A stretch of 64,000 nt of DNA from an uncultured delta proteobacterium (GTDB taxonomy: Bacteria; Desulfobacterota; Binatia; UTPRO1). The position numbers were made by a program, and so were the translations under genes. Positions 39,430 through 49,562 of this stretch are shown piece by piece (position 1 is the first letter of the stretch; each line of letters starts with the position of its first letter). The DNA lies in NCBI GenBank assembly GCA_963753325.1, contig CAVWBS010000001.1:2802553-2866552 (forward strand). Reading direction: 5' to 3'. A model generated the notes under the pieces. The model was not told the DNA's origin and made no database searches. It saw nothing but the letters and a program-made list of their open reading frames with translations.

Positions 39430-40389
39430 TCACCAGCGTCGCGTCTCACCGAGCGGGGGCGTCCATACCGACTCGCCGAGCCCGCGCCGCAGGCCCTCGG
39501 CGCGGAAACGGCGCGGTGGCTCGTCGAGCGGCTCGTCGGTGAGGTCGAACGTGCCGTAGTGCATGCCCAACATGCGCTGCGCGCCGACGTCGAGCGCCGC
39601 CTGTAAGGCCTCCTCGGGATTGAGGTGCAGAGGACGCATCATCGCCTGCGGCTCGTAGGCACCGATCGGCACCGCCGCCAGACCGAAGGGGCCGAGCCGG
39701 CTTCCGATGTCGGCGAAGCCGGAGAAGTAGCCGGTGTCGCCGGCGAAGTAGAACCGCTGCGTCGGGCCGATCACCGCCCAACCGCCCCACAGCGTGACGC
39801 TCTGATCGGCGAAACCACGGCCGCTCCAGTGCTGGCTCGGGACGCAGTGGACCGCGACGGGGCCGAGGCGGCGGACCTCCCACCAATCGAGCTCGTCGAC
39901 GCGGGCGATGCCGGCGCGGCGCAGCAGGGCGCCCACCTTGAGCGGGACCAGCACGCGCGCGCCCATCGCGGCGAGCCGCCGCACGGTCGGCACGTCGAGG
40001 TGATCGTAGTGGTTGTGTGAGATCACGACGAAGTCGATCGGCGGCAGGGCGTCGAATGGCAGCCCCGGCGGCGCGAAACGCCGCGGCCCGAGGAAGGCGA
40101 GCGGACTCGCCGTGGCCGACCACGTCGGGTCGGTCAGGAAGCTGACGTGATCCATCTGCACCAACATGGTGGCGTGCCCGATCCAGGTGACCGTGGGGGC
40201 GCCCTGCGCGACGCCCTCGCGTAGCAACGCGCCGTCGTTCGCGACCACGGGGGGGGCACCGGGCCGCTCGCGCCACAAGCCGGCGACCCGGCGCAGGACG
40301 AACGGTACCGTGACGTCGAGGCCGGCGCGCGGCAACGCCGCAACGTTGCGAAATCCGCTGTCGGTGTGGTGATCCGGTCGCTCGGCCAT
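39430..40389 (-). CDS. Metallo-beta-lactamase-fold hydrolase (NAPE-PLD/RomA-like)
   Basis: TWIGHAT, LTDP, ISHNHYDHLD, QHWSGR, YFAGDTGY, PIGAYEP, MHYGTF. Confidence 0.9.
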   Translation of the reverse strand: MAERPDHHTDSGFRNVAALPRAGLDVTVPFVLRRVAGLWRERPGAPPVVANDGALLREGVAQGAPTVTWIGHATMLVQMDHVSFLTDPTWSATASPLAFLGPRRFAPPGLPFDALPPIDFVVISHNHYDHLDVPTVRRLAAMGARVLVPLKVGALLRRAGIARVDELDWWEVRRLGPVAVHCVPSQHWSGRGFADQSVTLWGGWAVIGPTQRFYFAGDTGYFSGFADIGSRLGPFGLAAVPIGAYEPQAMMRPLHLNPEEALQAALDVGAQRMLGMHYGTFDLTDEPLDEPPRRFRAEGLRRGLGESVWTPPLGETRRW

Positions 40390-40465
40390 CGTCCCCTCCC
40401 CGCTCCCGCCGCGACCGCTGGCGCTGCACGGCCACGGGCGCGATCTCTAGCATTCTCGCGGTTGA

Positions 40466-40499
40466 CGATGTATTCACTACTGCAGTAGTGAATACATCG
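40466..40499. promoter_or_regulatory. Perfect 34-bp palindrome; probable operator over the trmB promoter
   Basis: CGATGTATTCACTACTGCAGTAGTGAATACATCG equals its reverse complement; it overlaps TTGACG (40462-40467) and ends one base before the ATG. Confidence 0.75.
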
Positions 40500-40500
40500 A

Positions 40501-41355
40501 ATGGACGCCCTCCACGAGCGCTTGCGCGACATCGGTCTCGGCGAGAACGAGGCCAAGCTCTATCTCGCCCTCGTGAAGCGTCACCCGGCGAGCGGATACG
40601 AGCTGGCGCGCGCGTCGGGGGTGCCGAGCTCCAAGGTCTACGAGGTGCTCGGCCGGCTGCGCGAGAAGGATCTCGTGTTCGCCACCGACGGCGGACGCGC
40701 CACCCGCTACATCCCCGCCGACCCCGACGAGTTCGTGGCGCGCTACGCGCAGCGGGTCACGCAGGCCCTCGAGGGCCTGCGGCGGGATCTGCGGAACCTC
40801 GCCGGCGACGACGAGGTCGGGTACGTGTGGAACGTCCACGGACGGGACGAGCTCCTCGCACGCGCGGGCGAGCTGCTCGGCCGTGCCGAGCGTACGGTGC
40901 TCGTCTCCGCGTGGGACGAGGAGCTCGGGACGCTCGCCGACGCGATCGCGGCCGCGCATCGCCGCGGCGTGAAGGTCGCCGTCATCGCCTACGGCACGCT
41001 CGCCGTCGAGGCCGATGCCGTCTATTTCCACCCCATCAAGGATACGATCCACGGCGAGAAGGGGGGCCGTGGACTCACCCTCTGCGTCGACTCACGCGTC
41101 GCCCTCGCCGGCATCGTCGGGGATGCAACGCAGACCTCGGGGGCGTGGAGCAGCAACCATGGCTTCGTGAGCGCCGTCGAGGACTACCTCAAGCACGACG
41201 TCTACGTGCAGAAGATCGTCGGTCGTTTCAACGACCTGCTCGTCCGCACCTATGGACGCAACTACGCGCGCTGGCGCGACGTGTACTCCGACCGCGTCCT
41301 GCCGGTGTCCGGCCGGCGGCGCCCCGCCCCGCGCCGCAGAGGACCACGCCCGTGA
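40501..41355 (+). CDS. TrmB-family transcriptional regulator
   Basis: GL..NEAK.YLAL....ASGYELA..SGVP.SKVYEVL..L..K; C-terminal effector domain. Confidence 0.9.
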   Translation: MDALHERLRDIGLGENEAKLYLALVKRHPASGYELARASGVPSSKVYEVLGRLREKDLVFATDGGRATRYIPADPDEFVARYAQRVTQALEGLRRDLRNLAGDDEVGYVWNVHGRDELLARAGELLGRAERTVLVSAWDEELGTLADAIAAAHRRGVKVAVIAYGTLAVEADAVYFHPIKDTIHGEKGGRGLTLCVDSRVALAGIVGDATQTSGAWSSNHGFVSAVEDYLKHDVYVQKIVGRFNDLLVRTYGRNYARWRDVYSDRVLPVSGRRRPAPRRRGPRP

Positions 41356-42221
41356 AGATCTACATCGACGGCACCTTCCACTCCCGTGAGGACGCCCGCA
41401 TCTCGGTCTTCGACCACGGCCTGCTGTACGGCGACGGCGTGTTCGAAGGATTGCGCGTCTACCGTCGGCGCGTGTTCCGGCTCGACGCCCACCTCGCGCG
41501 GCTCGCCGACTCGGCGCAGGCGATCGGTTTGACCCTGCCGCTCGATCGCGCGGCGCTCGCCGAGGCGGTACGCGAGACCGTGCGCGTCAATCGGCAGGAG
41601 GACGGCTACATCCGGCTCGTCGTCACGCGCGGCGACGGTCCGCTCGGCCTCGATCCGACGACGTGCCCGCGCCCCCGGGTGATCATCATCGTCGCCGACC
41701 TCGCCGTGTACCCGGCCGCCCTCTACGAAAGCGGGATCCGCGTCGTCACGGCGGCGACCCGGCAGGTGCCGGCTGCGTGTGTCGATCCGCGCATCAAGTC
41801 GCTCAACTACCTGAAGAACGTGCTGGCCCGGCTCGAGGCCCACGCCGCCGGTGCCGCCGAGGCCCTGATGCTGAACGTCGACGGCTTCGTCGCCGAGTGC
41901 ACGGCCGACAACGTGTTCACGGTCCGCGACGGCGTGGTGCGCACACCGCCGGCGTCGGAAGGCGCGCTCGGCGGCATCACCCGCGACGCCGTCCGGGCGC
42001 TCGCCGAGGCGGACGGTCTGGGATGGCGCGAGGAGCGGCTCGGGCGCTACGACCTGTTCACCGCCGACGAGTGCTTCCTGAGCGGCACCGGCGCGGAGCT
42101 GGTCCCGGTGATCGCGCTCGACGGCCGGACGATCGGGACCGGCCGTCCCGGTCCCGTCACGCGACGTCTCGTCGAACGCTTCCGCACGCTCGCCGAACGC
42201 GAAGGCACGCCGATCTTCTGA
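41352..42221 (+). CDS. ilvE: Branched-chain amino acid aminotransferase
   Basis: ISVFDHGLLYGDGVFEGLR, YIRLVVTRG, IKSLNYL, GITR, ADECFL.GTGAE. Confidence 0.93.
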   Translation: MKIYIDGTFHSREDARISVFDHGLLYGDGVFEGLRVYRRRVFRLDAHLARLADSAQAIGLTLPLDRAALAEAVRETVRVNRQEDGYIRLVVTRGDGPLGLDPTTCPRPRVIIIVADLAVYPAALYESGIRVVTAATRQVPAACVDPRIKSLNYLKNVLARLEAHAAGAAEALMLNVDGFVAECTADNVFTVRDGVVRTPPASEGALGGITRDAVRALAEADGLGWREERLGRYDLFTADECFLSGTGAELVPVIALDGRTIGTGRPGPVTRRLVERFRTLAEREGTPIF

Positions 42222-42222
42222 A

Positions 42223-42486
42223 TCAGCCGCTCAGCTCCTCGCGACGGGCCAGACGCTCGACCGTCTCTTCGAGCTGCTCGAGCGAGACCGCACGCGAGCG
42301 CAGCATCTCGGGTGGCAGCATGTACGGCAGCGCAGTCGCGATCTCGCCGGGGTGTCGGCGTCCGTGCGGCCGCGGCGGCGCGGACGGCAGCTGCCGGTAG
42401 TACGGAATCGGGATCTCGCCCTCGTAGGCGCGCATCAATTCGCGCTCCAGGTCGCGCGCCGCGTGCATTCCGAGATTGGACGTCAT
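42223..42486 (-). CDS. Hypothetical protein (87 aa)
   Basis: GGGGAG RBS; GC3-biased ORF converging on ilvE. Confidence 0.55.
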   Translation of the reverse strand: MTSNLGMHAARDLERELMRAYEGEIPIPYYRQLPSAPPRPHGRRHPGEIATALPYMLPPEMLRSRAVSLEQLEETVERLARREELSG

Positions 42487-42617
42487 GATAGCTCCCCCTG
42501 AACGACGCCATCATAGGTGCCGCCACGGTGGTCGGGACAATTGCCCCGATTCCCTAGACCGCGCGGAAAGATTCCCTAGGCGCTGGCACCGCATCCAATG
42601 GACGAGCCGTCGGGCGC

Positions 42618-44324
42618 ATGGTAGCTGGGCGACCGGTGGTGAGCTCCGGTGCGACGAGCAGCGCGGCACGCCGCGTTGCGGGTATCGTCGTGCTCGCCGC
42701 GATCGTCGCGGTGGCATTTGCGCTCGATCTCGGGCGACCGCACTTCTGGGACCCAGGCGAGGGGCGCTACGCGGAGACCGTCCGCGAGATGCTGCTCACC
42801 CGCAACTGGATCGTCCCGACGCTCGACTTCGCTCACTACTACGACAAGCCACCCGGCTTCTTCTGGATCGTCGCGGCCTGCTTCGGCGCGTTCGGCGCCA
42901 ACGAATGGGCCGGACGGCTGCCGGCGGCGCTCACCGCCGTCCTGACGATCGCGGCGACCGTCGGGTTTGCCTGGCGTCGGCTCGGCGCGGGGACGGCGCT
43001 CGGCGTCGGCGCGGTGCTCGCCACCACGGGGCAGTTCGTCGCGCTCGGGCGCTCGGTGCGGATGGATATGCCGCTCGCCTTCGCCGTCGCGGGCACGCTG
43101 CTGTACGGCTACGTCCTCCTCAGCGCCGAGGACGAGCGCGGGGTCGACGCTCGGACGTGGCCGCTCTACGTGCTCCCGGCGTTCGGTGTCCTGGTCAAAG
43201 GACCGGTCGCGATCGTGCTGCCGCTGCTCGTCCTGGGCGCGTATGCCGCGCTCAGCGGCCGCTACCGCCGGCTACGCCGCCTCCGGCCGGGAGCGGGCGC
43301 GCTCGTCGCGCTCGTGATCGCCGGCAGCTGGTACGCCGTTGCGGCGGTACGGGCGCGCGATTATCTCTGGACGTTTCTCTGGCAGCAGAACGTCGATCGC
43401 TTCCTGCGGGGGGCGCGCGGCGCCGGCCACAGCGAGCCCTTCTGGTTCTACTTCTGGGTGCTGCCGCTCACGTTCCTGCCGTGGACGCTCTTTCTGCCCG
43501 GGGCGCTCACCCGCGCCTACCGACGCGCGCGACAGGGCCACGATCTCGACCTGTTCCTCCTCACCTGGTCGGGCGTCATCTTCGTGTTCTTCACGCTCTC
43601 CCGGGCAAAGCTCGCAACCTATCTTCTGCCGATCTTTCCCGCGCTGGCGTTGAGCGTCGCGGCGTATCTGACCGACGCATTGGCCGCGCCCGCCGCCGAG
43701 CGCCGTCGCATCCTCGCCGTTCCCACGTTCGCGTGGGCGGCGGTGCTCGCGACGGTCGCCCTCGTGATCGCCATCGGCGTCGCGCTCCGCTATCCCCCGT
43801 TCGCCTGGCAGGCGCTGTCGGCGCTGACGCTGCTCGTCTTTCCGGCGGCGGCCGTCGTCTTCGCGCGACGCGAGCGGTGGCAGGCGATCCCGGCATTGAT
43901 GATGGTCGCCACGCTCTATTCCCAGGCGCTGTTCTACCGGGTCGCGTCCCCCATCGTGAACGAGTTCATCAGTCTGCGGGCGGCGGCCGAGGTCGCGCGC
44001 GCGCTGCCCGACGCGGCCCAGGTGTACGCGTTCCGCACCCGCGGGCATTCGTTCACCTTCTACGCCGGACGTCCGCTCGCGCGGATCCGGTCGCCCGAGG
44101 CGGCGGCCGAGGCGCTGCGCGACGAGCACCCGGTCGGCTTGCTCACCAAGGCGAAATATCTCGCTCGCATCCAGGCCCACCTCACCGAGCCGGTCTGCGT
44201 GTGGTGGCAAGGGATCTCCGGGCGCGTGCTGCTGGCGAATCGTCCCTTTCCGGATGCGACCCGCCACGCCGCGCTCCTGCCCGGCGCGGACAGCCCGATC
44301 GCGAACGATTCGCCGCGCTGCTGA
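42618..44324 (+). CDS. ArnT-like (GT39/GT83) membrane glycosyltransferase
   Basis: DP.EGRYAE..REM, Y.DKPP, RLP.A, L.KGP, H.EP.WFY, KL.TYLLP.FP. Confidence 0.9.
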   Translation: MVAGRPVVSSGATSSAARRVAGIVVLAAIVAVAFALDLGRPHFWDPGEGRYAETVREMLLTRNWIVPTLDFAHYYDKPPGFFWIVAACFGAFGANEWAGRLPAALTAVLTIAATVGFAWRRLGAGTALGVGAVLATTGQFVALGRSVRMDMPLAFAVAGTLLYGYVLLSAEDERGVDARTWPLYVLPAFGVLVKGPVAIVLPLLVLGAYAALSGRYRRLRRLRPGAGALVALVIAGSWYAVAAVRARDYLWTFLWQQNVDRFLRGARGAGHSEPFWFYFWVLPLTFLPWTLFLPGALTRAYRRARQGHDLDLFLLTWSGVIFVFFTLSRAKLATYLLPIFPALALSVAAYLTDALAAPAAERRRILAVPTFAWAAVLATVALVIAIGVALRYPPFAWQALSALTLLVFPAAAVVFARRERWQAIPALMMVATLYSQALFYRVASPIVNEFISLRAAAEVARALPDAAQVYAFRTRGHSFTFYAGRPLARIRSPEAAAEALRDEHPVGLLTKAKYLARIQAHLTEPVCVWWQGISGRVLLANRPFPDATRHAALLPGADSPIANDSPRC

Positions 44325-44335
44325 GCCCCGGCGTT

Positions 44336-44364
44336 TTGACGCGCCGGGCCGAGGCCGGTAAGCT
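44336..44364 (+). promoter_or_regulatory. sigma70-type leaderless promoter
   Basis: TTGACG-N17-TAAGCT, 6 nt before the GTG at 44371. Confidence 0.6.
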
Positions 44365-44370
44365 CGTCCC

Positions 44371-45168
44371 GTGGCGGCGCGGTCCTTCGACGAGTTCTGC
44401 GGCTATGCCCTCGAGCTGGTGGTCGGCGGACTGCGTGGCCTGCGAGGCGCGCTCGGTCGGGTGATCACGAACGGGGAGGCGTCATCGCGGCACCGCGCCA
44501 GCCGGGCGGCGCACCGTGGCGCGGGGCGTGGCCCGGCGGGCGATCCCGCGGCCGATCCCTGGACGCCGGCGGCCGCCGCCGACCGCGTGGCCGGGGAGGC
44601 ATCGCTGCGCGACGCGCTCGCCGCGTCTCCGCCCCTGCCCCACAGCTACGCCGACGACCGCGTCGTGCTCCTGACGCGCGATCCGCACACGCTGTTCGCC
44701 TACTGGGATCTCGCCCCGGGCGCGGAGCAGCCGGCGGGAGCCGCGGCCGCCCGGTTGGTGCTGCGCATCCACGACCTGAGCCTGCTCCACTTCGCGGACG
44801 CGCACCCGCTGCGCCACCAGGACATCGGCATCGACCGACCGGTCGGCTCCTGCTACGTGCCGCTCGACGGGGCCGCGGGCACGTATCGCGCCGAGATCGG
44901 CTGGCACTGGAGCGACGGACGATTCGTCACGCGCGTCCGCTCCGGCACCGTCACGACGGCGCGCGCGGCCGCGCCGGGCAACGACCCGACGCGGTGGATG
45001 ACGGTCGCGCGCATCGCCGGCGGGGCGCGCCCGTCCGCGACGCAGTCGGCGCGGCCGTCGGCGCAGGCGGCTGCGCCGCCGGAGGGCGCACCGGTGTCGC
45101 GAGCCCCGGCTTCGACGCCGCCGTCCCGCGCGCCCGCCTCGGAGGAACAGCATCGCCGTGAGCGGTGA
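44371..45168 (+). CDS. DUF4912 domain protein
   Basis: LP.SY..DR.VLL.RDP..LFAYWD, LVLR..D, YRAEIG.....G.F....RS..V.T; typical neighbour of GH57 branching enzymes. Confidence 0.8.
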   Translation: MAARSFDEFCGYALELVVGGLRGLRGALGRVITNGEASSRHRASRAAHRGAGRGPAGDPAADPWTPAAAADRVAGEASLRDALAASPPLPHSYADDRVVLLTRDPHTLFAYWDLAPGAEQPAGAAAARLVLRIHDLSLLHFADAHPLRHQDIGIDRPVGSCYVPLDGAAGTYRAEIGWHWSDGRFVTRVRSGTVTTARAAAPGNDPTRWMTVARIAGGARPSATQSARPSAQAAAPPEGAPVSRAPASTPPSRAPASEEQHRRER

Positions 45169-46742
45169 GCGCGGCCTCATCGCGCTCGTCCTGCACGCGC
45201 ACCTGCCGTGGGTGCGCCACCCAGAACACACCTCGTTCCTCGAGGAGCTCTGGCTGTTCGAGGCGATCACCGAGACGTACCTTCCGCTCCTCGACGTGTT
45301 CGAGCGTCTCGCACACGACGCCATCGCGACGCAGGTCACGCTGTCGCTCTCGCCGACCCTCCTCGCGATGCTCGACGATCCGCTCCTGCGCGCGCGCTAT
45401 CTGCGCCACCTCGAGAGCCGGATCGAGCTCGCCGAGCGCGAGCGGCATCGGCTGCGCGGCGACCCCGTGTTCGCGCCGCTCGCCGCGCGCCAACACGCCA
45501 TCTTCAGCGACGCGCGCCAGCGGATGGCGGACGCGCGCGCCGGCGATCTGATCGGCGCCTTCACCCGCCTCGCCGACGCCGGCGTCCTGCATCTCATGAC
45601 GACGACGGCGACGCACGGCCTGTTGCCGCTCCTCGCACCCAGCCCGGCCGCCGTCACGGCGCAGATCGCGGTTGGCATGGCCGAGTTCCGCCGCCGCTTC
45701 CAGCGCGAGCCCGTCGGGCTGTGGCTCCCCGAATGCGGGTACCACCATGGGCTCGACGCTGCGCTCGCCGCGGCGCACGTGCGCTTCGTGTGCCTCGAGA
45801 CGCAGGCCGTGGCGCTGGCGGCATCCCCCCCGGTCTACGGTGTGTACGCACCGATCTACTGCCCCGCCGGGGTGGCGGCCTTCGCGCGCGACGCCGGGGC
45901 GTCGGCGCAGGTGTGGAGCGCGACGACGGGCTACCCGGCGGATTCCGGCCTATCGCGACTTCTATCGCGACATCGGATTCGACCTGCCCTACGACTACGT
46001 CCGGCCGTACCTCCCCGCGAGCGGCGGGCGCGGCGCAACCGGCGTGAAGTACCACCGGGTCACCGGCGGGGGGAAGCGCAAGGAGCCCTACGATCCCGCG
46101 CTGGCGCAGGCGACCGCGGCGCGACACGCCGCCGACTACGCGCAACGGTGCGCCGAGATCCTCGGCCGCGTCGGGACCGGCTTCGATCGTCCGCCGCTCA
46201 TCACGGTGCCGTTCGACGCCGAGCTCTTCGGGCACTGGTGGCACGAGGGGCCGCTCTGGGTCGAGCTGCTCTGCCGAGAGCTCGCGGCGCGAGGCACCGT
46301 CCGCATGATCGCGCCCGACGCCTATCTCGAGGCGTATCCGACCAACCAGGTCACCGAGCCGAACGCCGGCACGTGGGGCGCCGGCGGCCACCACGAGGTC
46401 TGGCTCACGGAGGCCAACGATTGGGTGTACCGGCACCTGCACCACGGCGCCGAACGCATGGTGGCGCTCGCGCGGGGCCATGCCGCCACGGAGGGTGTGG
46501 TGCGGCGCGCGCTCGACCAGGCGGCACGCGAGCTGCTGCTGGCGCAGGCGAGCGACTGGCCCTTCATGATCTCACGCGGCACGACGGTCGAGTACGCAAC
46601 CACGCGCGTCACGGCGCACCTGGCGCGCTTCAATCGTCTCGCCGACGAGATCGAGCGCGACGCGGTCGACGGGACGTGGCTGCACGCAGTCGAGGCCGCG
46701 GACAATCTCTTCCCGACGATCGACTACCGCCTCTACGCCTGA
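45158..46742 (+). CDS. GH57 1,4-alpha-glucan branching enzyme (DUF1957); apparent +1 frameshift near 45943
   Basis: LVLHAHLPWVRH, WLFEAITETYLP, GLWLPECGY; second frame YRDFYRDIG, PFDAELFGHWWHEG, RELLLAQASDWPF, DNLFP. Confidence 0.92.
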
Positions 46743-47134
46743 GCGCGGACATCCTCCCCGGCGAACAGGCCGCCGACGAGCGGCAGTCGGCGGACGCAGG
46801 GCACGACGCTGCCGATGGCGCGCAGCGGGTCAGGGATCGCGGCGACGATGCCGCGCACCGCGCCGGCCGCGCCGCTCGTCAACGCCTCGGCGGCGTCGTT
46901 CGCGAGCCCCGCCGCGGCGCCGACCAGCCCGAGCACGCTCCACGTCGGCGTCGTCGCTTCTGTCGGACCGAGGCCGAGGTTGTCACGCGCCTGGTCGATG
47001 TCGTCCCACAGGCGGCGCATGCGATCGGGCTCGAAGCCGCGCGGCCGCTCGTCGTCGCCGGCAACGACGCGCGCGGGGCGCCGCCGTCGCCGACCGTTCC
47101 TGGAACCGTCCCGGGGCTTGTCGTGTGACGCCAC
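46733..47134 (-). CDS. Hypothetical protein
   Basis: ORF with GC3 bias ending in RLPLVGGLF; no family recognised. Confidence 0.45.
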   Translation of the reverse strand: MASHDKPRDGSRNGRRRRRPARVVAGDDERPRGFEPDRMRRLWDDIDQARDNLGLGPTEATTPTWSVLGLVGAAAGLANDAAEALTSGAAGAVRGIVAAIPDPLRAIGSVVPCVRRLPLVGGLFAGEDVRAQA

Positions 47135-47203
47135 GCGCTCTCGACCCTAGCATCGACCTCCGCGCCTTTCGAGCACCGAAGGGTTCCGCTAAGATCGCGC
47201 GTC

Positions 47204-47620
47204 ATGCGATTTCGCGTCGCGCTCGCCGTGCTGATGGTGCTCACGTCCTCTGCCTGCCAGTCGGCGGACGCGCGCCAGGCTGCGGCGGAGCGCTTCATCG
47301 ACGAGCTCTACATCAAGATCGACCAGCCGGCAGCGCGGCGGCTCGCCATCGGCCTCGCCGCCTCCAAGATCGACGAGGAGATCCGTTTGAAGGGCGGGCA
47401 GGCGATCGACGAGGCGACGCGCCAACCGAGCGTGCACTACACGTTCGTGCAGGCGGGCCCCGCGCAGGACGGCGCCGCCTCGCTCGTCTACGATCTGCAC
47501 GTCGCGCCCGACGGCGCCGACGCCTTCACGCGCCGGCTCGTCCTGACCCTGCGTCAGGAGAACGGCGCCTGGAAGGTGGCGAACTACACGCTCGACAATC
47601 CGCCGATACCCGGCGAATGA
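47204..47620 (+). CDS. Hypothetical lipoprotein (NTF2-like C-terminal WKV motif)
   Basis: Lipobox SSAC; AERFID..Y; L.L.QENGAWKV.NY. Confidence 0.7.
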   Translation: MRFRVALAVLMVLTSSACQSADARQAAAERFIDELYIKIDQPAARRLAIGLAASKIDEEIRLKGGQAIDEATRQPSVHYTFVQAGPAQDGAASLVYDLHVAPDGADAFTRRLVLTLRQENGAWKVANYTLDNPPIPGE

Positions 47621-48870
47621 CGGGGCACGCGCCGGGCGGGCAGCCGCAGGCGCGAGATGCAGTAGGCGGCGGCGAGCGTCAGCACGAAGATCATGCCGAT
47701 CGCCGGGAGATACGTCCCGGTGCGATCGCGGATCCAGCCGACGACCGGCACCGCCGCCGCTTGCGCCAGCACGATGAAGGGCGTGATGCGCCCGGCGATC
47801 GCTCCGTAGTGGAGGCGGCCGAAGCACTCGCCCAGGATCGTCGCCTGCAACGTCGCGTTGCCGCCCATCGCGTAGCCGTAGATCAGCACGTACAGCACCA
47901 GGGCGGCTGGATGGTAGGCGAACGGCAGGAGCAGGAGCCCCGCCGCCTGCAGCATGAAGCAGCCGACGATCACCCGGCGCTGATCGAAGCGGTCGAGGAG
48001 CGCGCCGAAGCCGAGCTTTCCCACCACGCCCACACCCGCCGTCGCGCTGAGCGCCAGCGCGGCGTGCGCACCGTCCACTCCAAGATCGATGAGCAGCGGG
48101 ATCTGGTGCAGCAGGATCGCCGACAGTCCCATGACCGTCAGCGAGAAGGCGAGCGCGATGAGCCAGAAATTCGGATCACGGACCGCGTCGCGCGCGCTCA
48201 CCGACCGCTCCAGCTCGCCCGCGAGATCGGACGGGCCGCCCGGCGACCCGTGCTCCACCGGCGGAAGCTCCGGAGGCGGCTTGCGCATCACGAGCGCCAC
48301 CGGCAGGAGGCCGGTGGCGATCACGATCGCACCGAGGGCGATGAAGGCGTCGCGCCAGCCGAAGCGCGCGATCAATATGTGCGACAGCGGCACGAAGACG
48401 ACGCCGCCGAGCGAGATGCCCGCGGTCGCGAGCCCGAGGGCCCGCCCGCGGCGGCGAAGGAACCATCCCGCCACCGCCGTGTTGCTCGGGATCGGTCCAA
48501 GCGAGCTCGAGCCGAGCGACAGCAGGAGCGCGAGCAGACAATAGTACTGCAGCAGCGAGTGGACGCCGCTCAGGCACATGAACGTGCCCCCGAGCACGAG
48601 CACGCCGAGCAGCTGCGACGGGCGCGGCCCGTAGCGATCGACGACGCGCCCGACGAGCGGCGAATAGAGCGCGCCGAAGATCGAGATCGACGAGAATCCC
48701 CACGATAGCTGCGCACGCGTCCACCCGAACTCCTCGCGGAGCGGCGTGAAGAACACCCCGAAGCTGTAGAACACACAGCCGACCGTCAGGCAGTGCGTCA
48801 GGCACGCGACCGCGACGATGCGCCAGCCGTAGTAGACGCCGTCTCCGCTCGCCGCGCCGCGCGTGCTCAA
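47584..48870 (-). CDS. MFS transporter (oxalate/formate antiporter-like)
   Basis: YYGWRIV, GRVVDRYGPR, WF..RRGRALG, 12-TM pattern. Confidence 0.9.
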   Translation of the reverse strand: MSTRGAASGDGVYYGWRIVAVACLTHCLTVGCVFYSFGVFFTPLREEFGWTRAQLSWGFSSISIFGALYSPLVGRVVDRYGPRPSQLLGVLVLGGTFMCLSGVHSLLQYYCLLALLLSLGSSSLGPIPSNTAVAGWFLRRRGRALGLATAGISLGGVVFVPLSHILIARFGWRDAFIALGAIVIATGLLPVALVMRKPPPELPPVEHGSPGGPSDLAGELERSVSARDAVRDPNFWLIALAFSLTVMGLSAILLHQIPLLIDLGVDGAHAALALSATAGVGVVGKLGFGALLDRFDQRRVIVGCFMLQAAGLLLLPFAYHPAALVLYVLIYGYAMGGNATLQATILGECFGRLHYGAIAGRITPFIVLAQAAAVPVVGWIRDRTGTYLPAIGMIFVLTLAAAYCISRLRLPARRVPRHSPGIGGLSSV

Positions 48871-49472
48871 CGGGCGAGGCCGCTCTCACCGAGGCGCGCC
48901 TCGAGGAGCGGCATGCGATCGTGCCCCCAGAACGGCTCGCCGCGAAACAGGAAGAGCGGCACGCCGAACACGTGGTCCGCCTCCGCCTCGGCGACGCACG
49001 CGGCGTACGCGTCGGCGCCGTCAACGAGGCGAAAGCGCTCGTAGTCGGTCGCCCGGGCGCCGCAGTCGGCAAGGAGCGCCGCGATCGCCCCCGGCTCGTC
49101 GAGCTCGAGCTCGCGGCGGAAGAAGCGCGCGTACGCCTCCTCCGTGTAGCGCCGGAAGCAGCCCGCACGCATGGCGAACAACGCGCCGATCAGCGCCGGT
49201 TCGGTATCGTAGACCTTGCGCGGCCCTTTGATCACGAGGCCGCGCGGCGCCGCGAAGCGACGCGCGTCGAGATACGAGTATTTCGCCTTCCACTCCGAGT
49301 TCTGGCTGCGCGCGCCCTTGCCCTTGATGCGGAGCTGATACGGAATCCAGCGCAGGCCGATGCGGAAGCGCGCGTCGAGCCCGAAGGCGGGCCCACTCGC
49401 AAGGAACGCGAACGGGCTCTTGTAGTCGAAGTAGAGCTTGACCTCCTCGTGGGATGCGCCGCCGGCGGGCAT
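48867..49472 (-). CDS. DsbA-family / 2-hydroxychromene-2-carboxylate isomerase-like protein
   Basis: YFDYKSPFAFLA, VFGVP.F...GEPFWG.DR. Confidence 0.85.
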   Translation of the reverse strand: MPAGGASHEEVKLYFDYKSPFAFLASGPAFGLDARFRIGLRWIPYQLRIKGKGARSQNSEWKAKYSYLDARRFAAPRGLVIKGPRKVYDTEPALIGALFAMRAGCFRRYTEEAYARFFRRELELDEPGAIAALLADCGARATDYERFRLVDGADAYAACVAEAEADHVFGVPLFLFRGEPFWGHDRMPLLEARLGESGLAR

Positions 49473-49529
49473 CTCCGCGTACTATGGGGTCGAGAATGCC
49501 GAAGCAACCAGCGGAACGCCGAGGAAGGG

Positions 49530-49562
49530 GGAGAGCCCCGGCCGTGGCTGCCGGGGCTCTCC
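49530..49562. terminator. 13-bp perfect stem-loop in the intergenic region
   Basis: GGAGAGCCCCGGC-CGTGGCT-GCCGGGGCTCTCC; weak pyrimidine tail on the minus strand. Confidence 0.5.
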
